From IMG/VR virus record IMGVR_UViG_3300026187_000002, positions 1 through 39,538 of that record: a stretch of 39,538 nucleotides of DNA. The stretch is one strand, 5' to 3'. The stretch's first letter is position 1. Each line of letters starts with the position of its first letter. Below the pieces are notes generated by a model that saw only the letters and a list, made by a program, of their open reading frames with translations, had not been told where the DNA came from and did not search any database. The DNA is from a virus (lineage: Duplodnaviria; Caudoviricetes). The translations under genes and the position numbers were made by a program. Shown here one piece after another: positions 9,800 to 19,147 of this stretch.

Positions 9800-10683
9800 T
9801 GTGGAATTTTATTGTTCCAGCTGCGATTGGAGCTGTCACTTCCTATGCAATGGGTAAAGACCCAGTGCAAGGTGCTGCTGTTGGTGGTTTGACAGGTGGG
9901 CTTTTTGGTGGTGGTTTTGAAGGTGGCTTGTTTGATGTAGGCAAGGGTGTAGCGACTAACTCTATGACTACACCAACACTAGGTGGGCTAACATTAACAG
10001 GGGCTGGATCAGGTGGTGCTGCGGCAAGTGGATTAGCATCAGGAGCAACATCTATAGGTGTTCAAGATTTAGCAACTCGTGACCTTATTAACTCAGGTTT
10101 TAAAGACACTGCAATGACTATGCAAGACATAGACGCATTAAACCCAGCATTAGCTGAAGGTTATGACGATGTGTTAATGGATCGAGTTAATAACTTATCT
10201 ACTGACATTGTGCAAGATAATGTTATGCCAGGTGTAGGTATTAATTTAGATCAAGCTGCAATTGATGATGTAATTACACCAGGATTGAGCAATATATATG
10301 AAGAAGCACCATACATGGCTATTCGTGATGGAGTTGCACCTGATATGAGTTACATTCCGGGTCAACTAGGTGATAAGTTTGAAGGTGTTAAGGTTCAAAA
10401 CCCATATATGTATACAGACAATTCAGTGGTTGCTCCTACTGATTTATTAGAAACAGAAGAGCCAAGATTCTTTAGTAAAGCAGTTGATTATGCAAAAGAA
10501 AATCCTGTAAAAGTTGGGATAGGTGGATTAGGCTTATTATCATTGCTAGACCAACGTCAAACAATGCTTCCTACTAGCGCTGGTGGTGGAAGTATTAAAG
10601 CAGGTAGCCCTGATGCAGTAAAATATAACCAAATGGTTTCATCATACACTCCAAAACAACGTAGACAATTCTCACTTATTTAG
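9799..10683 (+). CDS. Internal virion/ejection protein
   Basis: Gly-rich hydrophobic N-terminal segments (AAIGAVTS...AVGGLTGGLFGGG); translationally coupled within the ejection cluster. Confidence 0.55.
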   Translation: MWNFIVPAAIGAVTSYAMGKDPVQGAAVGGLTGGLFGGGFEGGLFDVGKGVATNSMTTPTLGGLTLTGAGSGGAAASGLASGATSIGVQDLATRDLINSGFKDTAMTMQDIDALNPALAEGYDDVLMDRVNNLSTDIVQDNVMPGVGINLDQAAIDDVITPGLSNIYEEAPYMAIRDGVAPDMSYIPGQLGDKFEGVKVQNPYMYTDNSVVAPTDLLETEEPRFFSKAVDYAKENPVKVGIGGLGLLSLLDQRQTMLPTSAGGGSIKAGSPDAVKYNQMVSSYTPKQRRQFSLI

Positions 10684-10691
10684 GAATACAC

Positions 10692-12353
10692 ATGGCAGAT
10701 AAATTCACAACAATGCTACAAGGCGGTGGTTTCAATCCATATAAAGGATTTATGCAACCTGGTATGCAACAACAATTTCAAGACGCACAGATGTTTGATA
10801 CATTTATGGGTCTGTTGGGTGGCTATGGCAATTCTTTATATAAAGGCTACAGTCCAACTCAAAAGATTTTCAACACTATTGTTGGTGGATACACAGGAAG
10901 CCAAAACACAGTAGATCGATTTGGTAAAATCCTACAAGCACAAACAGGTCTTACTAAAGACAGACTTGATATTGCGCAAAAAGGTATGCAAAACCAAGAA
11001 TTAATGAACAAAATGATCGCTACAAAAGAATTAGTTGATAGCAGTAATGATCCTTTCTTAAAAAGAGCATACAGCATTGATCCGGGTGCTATTACTAAAG
11101 CCGTATATGAATCTAATTATGCAAAAATGCCTAGATTAAGTGGTGATGATTTCTTCATTGCCAAAGCTTTGAATTATGACATCAATAATATGTCACAAGA
11201 ACAAGCACAAAACATCATGAAGATCAGACAAGGTATGTCACCAAAAGATTATGCTGACTTACAAATCAATATTGCAAATATTAAAAAAGATATTCCTTCA
11301 TTGGCAGATCAAATTCCACCTGGATATACTCAAAATGATGCTATGAATCAAGTCATAAGAAATGATCTTGTAAACAAAGTAAATCAGTTTAGTGAAGGCA
11401 ATCAAGGAGGATATAGACCTCCAACATATATGCCCGGATATAATGTTAATATTCCATCAACTGATATATTAAGTAACAAACCATCATTTACTGCGTCTAA
11501 AGATGCTGAGTTTGTTGGAGGTGGATATACCCTACCATCAACCACCAATAAACAACCAGTAAATAAAACGGAACAATACCTTGCAAATCAAAATCAAATT
11601 CAAAACATTGTAGACCTAAATAAACAAATTTCTAAAAACACAGGTATTCAAGGTCTCACATCAGATTATCAATATTCGCCTAAATTTATACAAAAAATGA
11701 TGGATGCAAAACTTGATAATCAAGTTAAATATACACAAATGTTTGATGATTTTAACAACACTTTAGAAAGTATTGACCAATTAAGTAATCATGCAGGTTT
11801 TAATAAGTTATTTAGTGCTGGTGGATTTATTCAAGGCAAACTTTCTAGGGATGCTATACAAGCCAAATCTATTTATGACAACATCATATCTAAAGGTGTA
11901 TTAAATAAATTAGTAAACATGAAAATTAACGACCCTAATGGTGCTACTCCATTTGGTCAAATGAACTACTCTGAATTACGTTTAGTTTATGATTCATTTA
12001 TTAAGCTAAAAGAAGCTGGTGGTGATCCTACTGCTGCAAAATTAGCTTTAAGTGAATTAAAAGAAAATATGAAGTTGGCTAGAGGCTATATGATGCAGAA
12101 AAGCCAAGGATATTACGGAGATGAATTAAACTCTAGTTACCCACAAATGTATTCACCTGATAACCTTGTTGGTCCTGGTGGACGATATGTAGCGACAGGT
12201 AAAGTGTTACAAGGTAAATACTATGGAATGGCAGATAACTTACAACCTGATGTATATTATGTGGTTATGGAAGATGGAACATATATCCCTGTTCCAAATA
12301 AAAAAACAGGCAACAATTTAACTAGACAAGACTATTATAAAAGGAATTATTAA
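10692..12353 (+). CDS. Internal virion/ejection protein (gp20-like position)
   Basis: 553 aa, helical; contains GATPFGQMNYSEL, similar to the G-x-L-S-x-x-E motif seen in podovirus ejection proteins. Confidence 0.55.
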   Translation: MADKFTTMLQGGGFNPYKGFMQPGMQQQFQDAQMFDTFMGLLGGYGNSLYKGYSPTQKIFNTIVGGYTGSQNTVDRFGKILQAQTGLTKDRLDIAQKGMQNQELMNKMIATKELVDSSNDPFLKRAYSIDPGAITKAVYESNYAKMPRLSGDDFFIAKALNYDINNMSQEQAQNIMKIRQGMSPKDYADLQINIANIKKDIPSLADQIPPGYTQNDAMNQVIRNDLVNKVNQFSEGNQGGYRPPTYMPGYNVNIPSTDILSNKPSFTASKDAEFVGGGYTLPSTTNKQPVNKTEQYLANQNQIQNIVDLNKQISKNTGIQGLTSDYQYSPKFIQKMMDAKLDNQVKYTQMFDDFNNTLESIDQLSNHAGFNKLFSAGGFIQGKLSRDAIQAKSIYDNIISKGVLNKLVNMKINDPNGATPFGQMNYSELRLVYDSFIKLKEAGGDPTAAKLALSELKENMKLARGYMMQKSQGYYGDELNSSYPQMYSPDNLVGPGGRYVATGKVLQGKYYGMADNLQPDVYYVVMEDGTYIPVPNKKTGNNLTRQDYYKRNY

Positions 12354-14302
12354 TGGTAGATCAGCTTATTGCACCTCCAGTGGAGGTTATAGGGGAGCTT
12401 GAAGACAATCCTTTTAACTTTGAACTTGACCCAACAAAAGCAGTTAAAGGAACAAATAGAAAAGATATAGACTTTCGTCCAGAAGACACTAGAGTCCCTC
12501 TAGAAAACAATCCTTTTGATTTTGATATCGAGGCACAAAAAGAAAGAGTTCCGAAAGACATACGAGTGTCTGACCCTATATCTTTTGTTATAAATACTGC
12601 GGCAAATTTTCCCGGATCAACCTTAGATCTTGCAAAAGCATACGCAGAACCAATCATTCACCCTGTAAGAACTGCGCAAAATGTTAAAAAGATATTTAAC
12701 GGTTTTGCTGAGTTAAAAGCATATCACGAACTAAGGGAACAAAACCCAAACAATCCTGATTTAGCTATTACAGATGATATGAGAGCTGCGCAATCAGTTT
12801 TAGATTATTATGCTGAAAGATATGGTGATTGGAAAGGTGATGAAACAGACTCTTGGGATGTAATAGGCAAAAAGATATTAAGAACTATTGAGAATGATCC
12901 AGCAGGTTTTCTTGGCGATCTAACTATGATTTTTTATCCTACAGGTGGAATAACTAATCTAAGTGGTAGAGTATTAGGATCTGTAGAAAAAGCCTTAGGA
13001 AGCACAGGTAAAATTGGTCAAACAGTAACTAAAACAGGTCAAGCTATAACCACAGCAGGAACAAAGATTGATCCTATTTTTAGAACTGCGCAAATTGGTA
13101 AAGCAGTAGGTGTTCCTATTTTAAATTACATGGCAGGCCCTGGCACTACTCAATCTATGAATCAAGCCTTCAAAGCTGGACAAGCAGGTGGTGAGGCAAA
13201 CAAATCATTTAGACAGGCTATTAAAGGTAAAATCAAAGAGTCTGATATCTTAAAGGCATTTAATAAATCAGTAAATTCTTTTAAAGCTAAGATTAGTAGT
13301 AATTTCAATTCTTTTGCTAATAGAATTAAAACTGTTAAAAATAAAGGCACTGAATCTATAGACTTCTTAAATAGAAAAATAGATGAGATTAGAAAAGATT
13401 TATTTGAAGATGTAGAAGTTCCAACAGGTAATAAAATTGAGTCTAAAACTGTAGATTCTAAAGGCAACCCTATTGAATCTGTAGATGAAATAAACATTGT
13501 AAGGCAAAAAAAACCCGGATCTAAGAATGTTGATGTTGAAAACTTTCTGTTATTAGAAGAAAGACTTGATCGTTTTAAAAATATGAATAAGTCTGACATT
13601 ACGGGTGGTGATTTATTAAACCTAAAACAAGATATTCAGTCCTACTTTACTCCTGGCAATAAATACAATGATGTTATTACAGACGCTAATAAATTATTTT
13701 TAGATGATTTAAACAAAATAGACACCAATACAAATAGTGTGTTTAGCTCTTATTCTAAAATGATTGATGATTTAGATGACTTAGTGGTTACTACAGGCAA
13801 GTCAGATAGACCACAACTACAAATCGGCAAACTACAAACTTTATTAAGAGATACTCCAAGAGGTAAAGTAGGTTTGCAAGAAATGGATAAGTTACTAAAA
13901 GAGTTAGATACTAATGTCCTAAATCAACTTGGTGGACAAAACCTAAATAGAATATTTAATATGGGTGGTATAAAAAATACACTCGGAGCTACAGGTGCTG
14001 GAGCAGTAGGGTCTTCAGGTATTTTGGGTGGTGTAGGTGTTGGTGTTAATCTGCCACTTGTATTAGGTTTATTTGGAGGGGGTGCTGCAGCATCTTCACC
14101 AAGATTACTAGGAAATATATCTAATATATTAGGTGTAGGTTCTAGATATACCAAACCTGGTGTTATTTTACCTGGAATGGGTGTAGACCGTGCAGTTCAA
14201 CAAACTGCTTATGAGCCGTTCCCAATAGATCCAATGGATGTAAGCAAAATGGATTATCAAATTAATCCTAATTTGTTTGATCCTGACTTTTTAGCACGAT
14301 GA
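12353..14302 (+). CDS. Large internal virion/ejection protein (gp16-like position)
   Basis: 649 aa with C-terminal Gly-rich hydrophobic stretch followed by SSPRL; last gene of the ejection cluster. Confidence 0.55.
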   Translation: MVDQLIAPPVEVIGELEDNPFNFELDPTKAVKGTNRKDIDFRPEDTRVPLENNPFDFDIEAQKERVPKDIRVSDPISFVINTAANFPGSTLDLAKAYAEPIIHPVRTAQNVKKIFNGFAELKAYHELREQNPNNPDLAITDDMRAAQSVLDYYAERYGDWKGDETDSWDVIGKKILRTIENDPAGFLGDLTMIFYPTGGITNLSGRVLGSVEKALGSTGKIGQTVTKTGQAITTAGTKIDPIFRTAQIGKAVGVPILNYMAGPGTTQSMNQAFKAGQAGGEANKSFRQAIKGKIKESDILKAFNKSVNSFKAKISSNFNSFANRIKTVKNKGTESIDFLNRKIDEIRKDLFEDVEVPTGNKIESKTVDSKGNPIESVDEINIVRQKKPGSKNVDVENFLLLEERLDRFKNMNKSDITGGDLLNLKQDIQSYFTPGNKYNDVITDANKLFLDDLNKIDTNTNSVFSSYSKMIDDLDDLVVTTGKSDRPQLQIGKLQTLLRDTPRGKVGLQEMDKLLKELDTNVLNQLGGQNLNRIFNMGGIKNTLGATGAGAVGSSGILGGVGVGVNLPLVLGLFGGGAAASSPRLLGNISNILGVGSRYTKPGVILPGMGVDRAVQQTAYEPFPIDPMDVSKMDYQINPNLFDPDFLAR

Positions 14303-14359
14303 TATGGCACGACTTAACCCTACCCCCTATCAACTTATACAACGCACCAAAGGTAACCC

Positions 14360-14584
14360 ATGGAACAAGTAAAAGAAACAGTAGCAGTTCACTCGGCAGA
14401 AATTGATCATATGAAACGAGATATTGACTACATCCTTGAAAAAGTAGATAAGATGGATCAAAAGGTAGATAACATCGAGAAAGTTTTATCTGAGCTAAAT
14501 GGTGGCAAAAGAGCCATGATGTGGTTCATAGGTGTTATTGTGGCTATATTAAGTTTCTTATTTGGTCACTGGATGGATAAATAA
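14360..14584 (+). CDS. Coiled-coil protein with C-terminal TM helix (holin/antiholin-like)
   Basis: Heptad pattern followed by MMWFIGVIVAILSFLFG; first gene of the lysis region. Confidence 0.55.
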   Translation: MEQVKETVAVHSAEIDHMKRDIDYILEKVDKMDQKVDNIEKVLSELNGGKRAMMWFIGVIVAILSFLFGHWMDK

Positions 14585-15057
14585 TGGATAGAATGACCAT
14601 TATCATCGTTTGTTTTTTAATTATTGGTTTAATATGGATACAATATGCGTTTTCTGCTGACACTACTATCAAATATTCTGGGATGCCTGTCCCATCTGCT
14701 ATGTCTCCTAGCATTAGTGCTTTCAGTAATGATATGTGTAAGTCAGGTGTTTCAGGTGGAGCTAACACAGGTGTTATTTCAATATCTGGTGGAGCTACTA
14801 TAACCGATGAGAACTGTGAGCGAATCAAACTTGCCAAGGTAATGAATGACCTAGGATTAAAAGTAGCAGCTGTTAGCATACTATGCCAAGATGACCGTGT
14901 ATTTGAGGCAATGCTTCAAGCAGGTTCTGCCTGCCCTATAAATGGTGCTATCTCAGATGCTGCAATGATGGCATGGTTTGAACTTAAACCTGAAGTATTT
15001 GAGAGGTTATATGGCAAGGATTGGCGTCCTCCTACTGTTACTTATCCAATGGAGTAA
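14584..15057 (+). CDS. Exported Cys-containing protein of unknown function
   Basis: Signal peptide-like N-terminus ending YAFSA; four Cys in the mature part (DMC, ENCER, LCQD, ACP). Confidence 0.7.
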   Translation: MDRMTIIIVCFLIIGLIWIQYAFSADTTIKYSGMPVPSAMSPSISAFSNDMCKSGVSGGANTGVISISGGATITDENCERIKLAKVMNDLGLKVAAVSILCQDDRVFEAMLQAGSACPINGAISDAAMMAWFELKPEVFERLYGKDWRPPTVTYPME

Positions 15058-16084
15058 TTTATATGCGTGGAGTTGTTACTATAATAATGGCGAAGATGGG
15101 TGGTATGATGGAACGAGCATGGTATGCGATGGTATCGAGGTTAGCGTGGCTATTGAGACTCATTACTGTGAATGGTATCGTCCTGATGACCCGTATTGCG
15201 CACAGTTTCAAGTCCCTACTTGCGTGGATGTGGTTGAATATAAAACAGAAATGTGTCCCACAAATTATACTGGAGCTATCAACTATAGCAGAAACTACTC
15301 TTGCCAAACACTCTCTTTCACAGAATGGGTTGAAAGTAGTAATAATTGCACTGCTTTACCACCTTCATGTGTTGAAAGCACTGAGTCTAGGACTATGGCG
15401 TGTCCTAGTGGTTATGAAGGACAAATTACTGAAACGAGGATAAGTTCATGCCCAAATCCCTACGCAGAGCCGTTATGGCTCGAGTGGCTAGAAGAAAACA
15501 ATACTTGCAAACAAAGCGTAAGCGATCCACAATCCCCATTGTCGGTTACGAATCCTATAAGCCCTGTGTCTCCCATCAACACAGAATCTGCAATTGCACC
15601 TCAAATAGATGCCCAGAATAGCCCTGTAGAACCCTCTGTAAGCCCCGCTACGGGCATTTCTAACCCTAACCAAGGGGTAGGTATACCCAAAGAATCAAAC
15701 GTCTCTGAAAAAGCTCAAACAAGTAGTAAGGATGACAAGAAGTCTAGCACCGATAAAAGTGATAGCACCGACACAAAAAATCAATCCAACAATGATGGGC
15801 AAAAGAATGATAGCAAGGATAGGAAAAACCCATCTATCAACAGTCCTAAGGAAATTGTTCATGGCTTTGGTCTTGTCCTTTCATTAGAATTATTAAATAA
15901 ACCAATGGAGTTCTATCAACCACCCTTGGTAGACCCCTTTACTATAGCACAGGAGTTTCCAATACATGAATCTACCAGAGAGTTTCAACTTGACCTTCTC
16001 AAAAGGAACGATATCGAAAATTATTATTATAGTATTTCCGATGATACTTGGGACGGGATACGCAGGAGTGACATTCTACAATAA
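15011..16084 (+). CDS. Exported Cys-rich repeat protein
   Basis: ATG 15011 preceded by GAGAGG; signal peptide MARIGVLLLLLIQWSNLYA; 12 Cys; two CPxxYxGxI...SC...W..(S/N)NxC repeats; Pro/Ser/Lys linker. Confidence 0.7.
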   Translation: MARIGVLLLLLIQWSNLYAWSCYYNNGEDGWYDGTSMVCDGIEVSVAIETHYCEWYRPDDPYCAQFQVPTCVDVVEYKTEMCPTNYTGAINYSRNYSCQTLSFTEWVESSNNCTALPPSCVESTESRTMACPSGYEGQITETRISSCPNPYAEPLWLEWLEENNTCKQSVSDPQSPLSVTNPISPVSPINTESAIAPQIDAQNSPVEPSVSPATGISNPNQGVGIPKESNVSEKAQTSSKDDKKSSTDKSDSTDTKNQSNNDGQKNDSKDRKNPSINSPKEIVHGFGLVLSLELLNKPMEFYQPPLVDPFTIAQEFPIHESTREFQLDLLKRNDIENYYYSISDDTWDGIRRSDILQ

Positions 16085-16397
16085 GATGTTAAAGACAATT
16101 GAAGCTACAAGTAAGTTCAGAGTTATTGAGGACAATATCAATACACTACAATTAACTGTCGATGCAATAAAAGAAAGACAGTTGGAAGGACTTAATACCA
16201 ATGTTAGGCTACAAGAAAAAGTTGCTGATGCGTATGTTCTTGCAAAAGAAAGTAACGCAATTGCTCTCTCAACGCAAAGAGAATTCCAAGCTACAACAGA
16301 AGCAACAAAATCAGAAGTAGAGACTATGATAAAGTCTGTAGAAGATAAGCTCGAAGTAATTAAACGAGCTACTACTAACCCATTAGATAGGAGATAA
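15966..16397 (+). CDS. Membrane-anchored coiled-coil protein (possible spanin-like)
   Basis: TM IIIIVFPMILGTGYAGVTFY followed by a long coiled coil; AGGAG upstream. Confidence 0.6.
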   Translation: MNLPESFNLTFSKGTISKIIIIVFPMILGTGYAGVTFYNKMLKTIEATSKFRVIEDNINTLQLTVDAIKERQLEGLNTNVRLQEKVADAYVLAKESNAIALSTQREFQATTEATKSEVETMIKSVEDKLEVIKRATTNPLDRR

Positions 16398-16398
16398 A

Positions 16399-16797
16399 AT
16401 GGTTTGGACAGCATTAATTTCACCAGTAGCATCATTACTGGATAAGTTTATAGAAGACAAAGATCAGAAGAATAAGTTAGCACATGAAATTGCCACAATG
16501 TCTGAAAAACACGCCCAGGAATTAGCTAAGGGTCAGCTCGAAGTAAACAAAGTAGAAGCTGCACATAGATCACCTTTGGTTGCTGGTTGGAGACCATTTA
16601 TTGGTTGGGTTTGTGGTGTTGCATTAGCATGGCATTTTGTCTTAGCACCTGTTATACTTTTCTTAGCAGCGTGGTTCAATGTAACATTACCTGCTTTGCC
16701 TGAATTTGATATGGGTTCTTTAATGACTGTATTAATGGGTATGTTAGGTCTTGGTGGACTGCGCACCTTTGAAAAACATAAAGGACTAACTAAATGA
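16399..16797 (+). CDS. Holin (3TM, GTA-type family)
   Basis: GWRPFIGWVCG and MLGLGGLRTFEK signature motifs; adjacent to the endolysin. Confidence 0.85.
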   Translation: MVWTALISPVASLLDKFIEDKDQKNKLAHEIATMSEKHAQELAKGQLEVNKVEAAHRSPLVAGWRPFIGWVCGVALAWHFVLAPVILFLAAWFNVTLPALPEFDMGSLMTVLMGMLGLGGLRTFEKHKGLTK

Positions 16798-17228
16798 GGC
16801 TTTCACCGCACTTTAGCCTAGAAGAATTAACTCATTCTGATACGGCTACAAGATTAGACATCGACAATACTCCAACAGTCGAGGTTATTGATAACTTAAC
16901 TTTTTTAGCGAACGAATTAGAATATGTTAGAAATTTACTTGGTCATCCTATGCTTATTAGTAGTGGCTTCCGTAGCTATGCTCTCAATGATCATTTGGGA
17001 AGCAACAGAACTTCTAGCCACACAAAAGGCTTGGCGGTGGACTTTATTTGCCCTAGCTTTGGGAATCCCAATAGTGTGTGCGATGCTATCGTTATGGCAA
17101 ACGTAAATTACGATCAAGTAATATTAGAATATGGTCGTTGGGTGCATTTATCTTTTCACCCAAACAAGCCTAGAAACCAAGCATTAATCATTGATAAGAA
17201 AGGCACTAGACCATATAAACAGTCGTAG
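16794..17228 (+). CDS. Endolysin, peptidase M15A-type Zn metallopeptidase
   Basis: LSPHFSLEEL, ISSGFRS, SSHTKGLAVDF and WVHLSF zinc-binding motifs. Confidence 0.85.
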   Translation: MRLSPHFSLEELTHSDTATRLDIDNTPTVEVIDNLTFLANELEYVRNLLGHPMLISSGFRSYALNDHLGSNRTSSHTKGLAVDFICPSFGNPNSVCDAIVMANVNYDQVILEYGRWVHLSFHPNKPRNQALIIDKKGTRPYKQS

Positions 17229-17243
17229 GGTAACGTAAAGTAG

Positions 17244-17252
17244 TGCTACAAT
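17244..17252 (+). promoter_or_regulatory. Extended -10 promoter, probably producing a leaderless mRNA
   Basis: TGcTACAAT ends 6 nt before ATG 17259; no Shine-Dalgarno in between. Confidence 0.45.
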
Positions 17253-17258
17253 AAAAGC

Positions 17259-17996
17259 ATGAAGATCCTACTTCTAGATATTGAGACATCTCCTAATACG
17301 GCTCATGTATGGGGGTTGTATAATCAAAACGTAAGTATTAACCAACTCATGGAATCCTCCTATGTAATGTGTTGGGCGGCCAAATGGCTAGGTGAATCTG
17401 AAGTGTTCTTTAGCAGTAAAATGGAAACTACTCATCGTAAGATGATTAGAACCATACATAAGCTATTGGATGAGGCAGATGCAGTTATTCATTACAACGG
17501 CACTAAGTTTGATATACCAACCTTAAACAAAGAGTTCCTCCTTCTCGGTTTAAGGCCCCCTGCACCGTATAAAGAGATTGATCTTCTCAAGACATCTAGA
17601 GCAAAATTTAAGTTCCCATCTAACAAACTCGACTATGTTGCAAAAGCTCTTGAGTTAGGTGAAAAGGTGAAACACATCGGTCATGAGTTGTGGATTCGTT
17701 GCATGAATAAAGACAAAAAAGCATGGGAAATGATGAAGAAATACAATATCCAAGATGTTGTATTGCTTGAGAAAGTGTATAACAAAATGTTGGCATGGAT
17801 CAAAAATCATCCTAACCAAAATGCCTATCACGATGGCACTGTTTGTCCTACCTGTGGAAGCCAAAAACTTATTAAAAAAGGTGTTTCTTGTAATTCAACC
17901 CATAAATATCAGAGGTATGTATGCAAAAACTGCAACACCTGGAGTCGTGGGAACAAATCTTTACTAAGAGGTCAACCCTCCCTCGTAGCAGTCTAA
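17259..17996 (+). CDS. RNase H-like (DEDD) 3'-5' exonuclease with C-terminal zinc ribbon
   Basis: LLLDIETSP, HYNGTKFDIP, KYNIQDV catalytic motifs; CPTC...CKNC. Confidence 0.85.
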   Translation: MKILLLDIETSPNTAHVWGLYNQNVSINQLMESSYVMCWAAKWLGESEVFFSSKMETTHRKMIRTIHKLLDEADAVIHYNGTKFDIPTLNKEFLLLGLRPPAPYKEIDLLKTSRAKFKFPSNKLDYVAKALELGEKVKHIGHELWIRCMNKDKKAWEMMKKYNIQDVVLLEKVYNKMLAWIKNHPNQNAYHDGTVCPTCGSQKLIKKGVSCNSTHKYQRYVCKNCNTWSRGNKSLLRGQPSLVAV

Positions 17997-18004
17997 TTTT
18001 AACT

Positions 18005-18166
18005 ATGGATATAAATGAAATAGCAGACCATATGACCGACAAGTTGGTTATAGGGGTCGAAGTCGAATATGATAACAATACACTGGTTTTAACACTTGAT
18101 GATGGATCTACTATAGAGTTAGTTGTTGATAGCATTTTTGCTGAAATACAACCGTATGACTCGTAA
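18005..18166 (+). CDS. Small acidic hypothetical protein (53 aa)
   Basis: ATG 18005 just after the exonuclease stop; MDINEIADHM...LTLDDGSTIEL. Confidence 0.6.
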   Translation: MDINEIADHMTDKLVIGVEVEYDNNTLVLTLDDGSTIELVVDSIFAEIQPYDS

Positions 18167-18359
18167 AGGTGCAAAGGAGATAACACTTCCTAACGGTGTA
18201 GAAACAGACAATTACTCTAAAGATTATATTCTTTATTGTGAAGCATTAAACTTATCTAAAAAACCCTTATATAAAAGAAGAGAATGGCTAACAAAGATCA
18301 AAAATCAAGAAAGAGTCGATGCCTTAAAATATTGGCTAGAGTGGATTTGGAAGAATTAA
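18156..18359 (+). CDS. Hypothetical protein (67 aa)
   Basis: ATG overlaps the end of the preceding gene; last rightward gene before the convergence point. Confidence 0.6.
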   Translation: MTRKGAKEITLPNGVETDNYSKDYILYCEALNLSKKPLYKRREWLTKIKNQERVDALKYWLEWIWKN

Positions 18360-18378
18360 TTGCTATCTTTATGGTTAT

Positions 18379-18573
18379 TTATGGTTTGTATTTGATGGGT
18401 GTTTTAGTCACTGTGCTAGGTAAGTAGATATAATCCTCAAATAAGCAACTCGTGTATTCTGCATCTTGGTAATGTTCTTTTACATATAGATCTGCATACG
18501 CACAATTCTCAAAATGCCCAACATACATTGGGTCTTGCATAGTCATATATACGATTAGAACGTATTCAAACAT
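18379..18573 (-). CDS. Hypothetical protein
   Basis: 64 aa; coupled to the upstream gene through a TAATG overlap. Confidence 0.6.
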   Translation of the reverse strand: MFEYVLIVYMTMQDPMYVGHFENCAYADLYVKEHYQDAEYTSCLFEDYIYLPSTVTKTPIKYKP

Positions 18574-18719
18574 TACTCGAACTGAACTTTGTTATCAGGA
18601 AATACTTTATGTCTTTTCCCAGAAGCTTCTTGTTCTACTTCAACTCTTATACCATCTTCTTCTTGAAAAAAATTAAGATTGAGCCATCTACCTTCAATTG
18701 CTATTCTTTTTGTTATCAT
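18573..18719 (-). CDS. Hypothetical protein (48 aa)
   Basis: Internal ATG (MITKRIAIEGRW...) of track ORF 18573-18770 preferred because the upstream part is occupied by another ORF. Confidence 0.5.
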   Translation of the reverse strand: MITKRIAIEGRWLNLNFFQEEDGIRVEVEQEASGKRHKVFPDNKVQFE

Positions 18720-18834
18720 TCTTACATAGTCCATTTCCATATATATCCCTACCACACCACCACTTTTCATGATAAGTGTTAGCAGGTTCTTTACACTTAT
18801 GACAAACTTGTTTACCTACTTTAATCTTCGTCAT
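18694..18834 (-). CDS. Small zinc-finger-like protein (46 aa; not in ORF track)
   Basis: MTKIKVGKQVCHKCKEPANTYHEKWWCGRDIYGNGLCKNDNKKNSN; four Cys; fills the gap in the leftward operon. Confidence 0.55.
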   Translation of the reverse strand: MTKIKVGKQVCHKCKEPANTYHEKWWCGRDIYGNGLCKNDNKKNSN

Positions 18835-19147
18835 GCAGTGGGTCTTCTATCCATTCATCAGGCATATTTCTTGGGGAAATTAATTTTGCCAATTCTTCAG
18901 CATAAATTTCTTCTTCTTTATCTAAATACCATCTTTGTTTTCGACATTCCTCGATCCTATTTTTTAACTTATCAACTTCGCTAAGATCAGAAGATTGTTT
19001 GTGTCCACGTCTATCTAAATACTTTCTATTGTTACCCTTGCAGTAACCTATGACTTCTTCTTGAGTAGACTTGGCTTTAATTACATCGAATGTTTCTATG
19101 CCACCTATTTTATAATGGTTTGGATTAATTGGATCACTCATTTTCAA
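18821..19147 (-). CDS. DUF3310-like protein
   Basis: DPINPNHYKIGGIETFDVI...GYCKGN..KYL.R motif. Confidence 0.8.
   Translation of the reverse strand: MKMSDPINPNHYKIGGIETFDVIKAKSTQEEVIGYCKGNNRKYLDRRGHKQSSDLSEVDKLKNRIEECRKQRWYLDKEEEIYAEELAKLISPRNMPDEWIEDPLHDED

Noticed and set aside
10692-14302. Tape measure protein (siphovirus interpretation)
   Set aside because: No tail tube, terminator or frameshift chaperone genes seen; synteny fits podovirus ejection proteins.
14303-14359. C-rich tract CCCTACCCCC (G-rich on the minus strand) resembling part of the 29800 motif
   Set aside because: Only a short partial match, lacks the GGTATACC core, and has too few closely spaced G-runs for a convincing quadruplex.
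83-14879. Many antisense and alternative-frame ORFs in the structural region (e.g. 5055-5453, 13162-13599, 14544-14879)
   Set aside because: Fully overlap well-supported plus-strand genes and have no recognisable motifs; most likely shadow ORFs.
15021-15443. 140-aa alternative-frame ORF inside the Cys-rich gene as a possible nested o-spanin
   Set aside because: No ATG start, lipobox or signal peptide recognised.
18675-18685. Single AAGATTGAGCC copy
   Set aside because: Unpaired and inside a coding region; may be chance.
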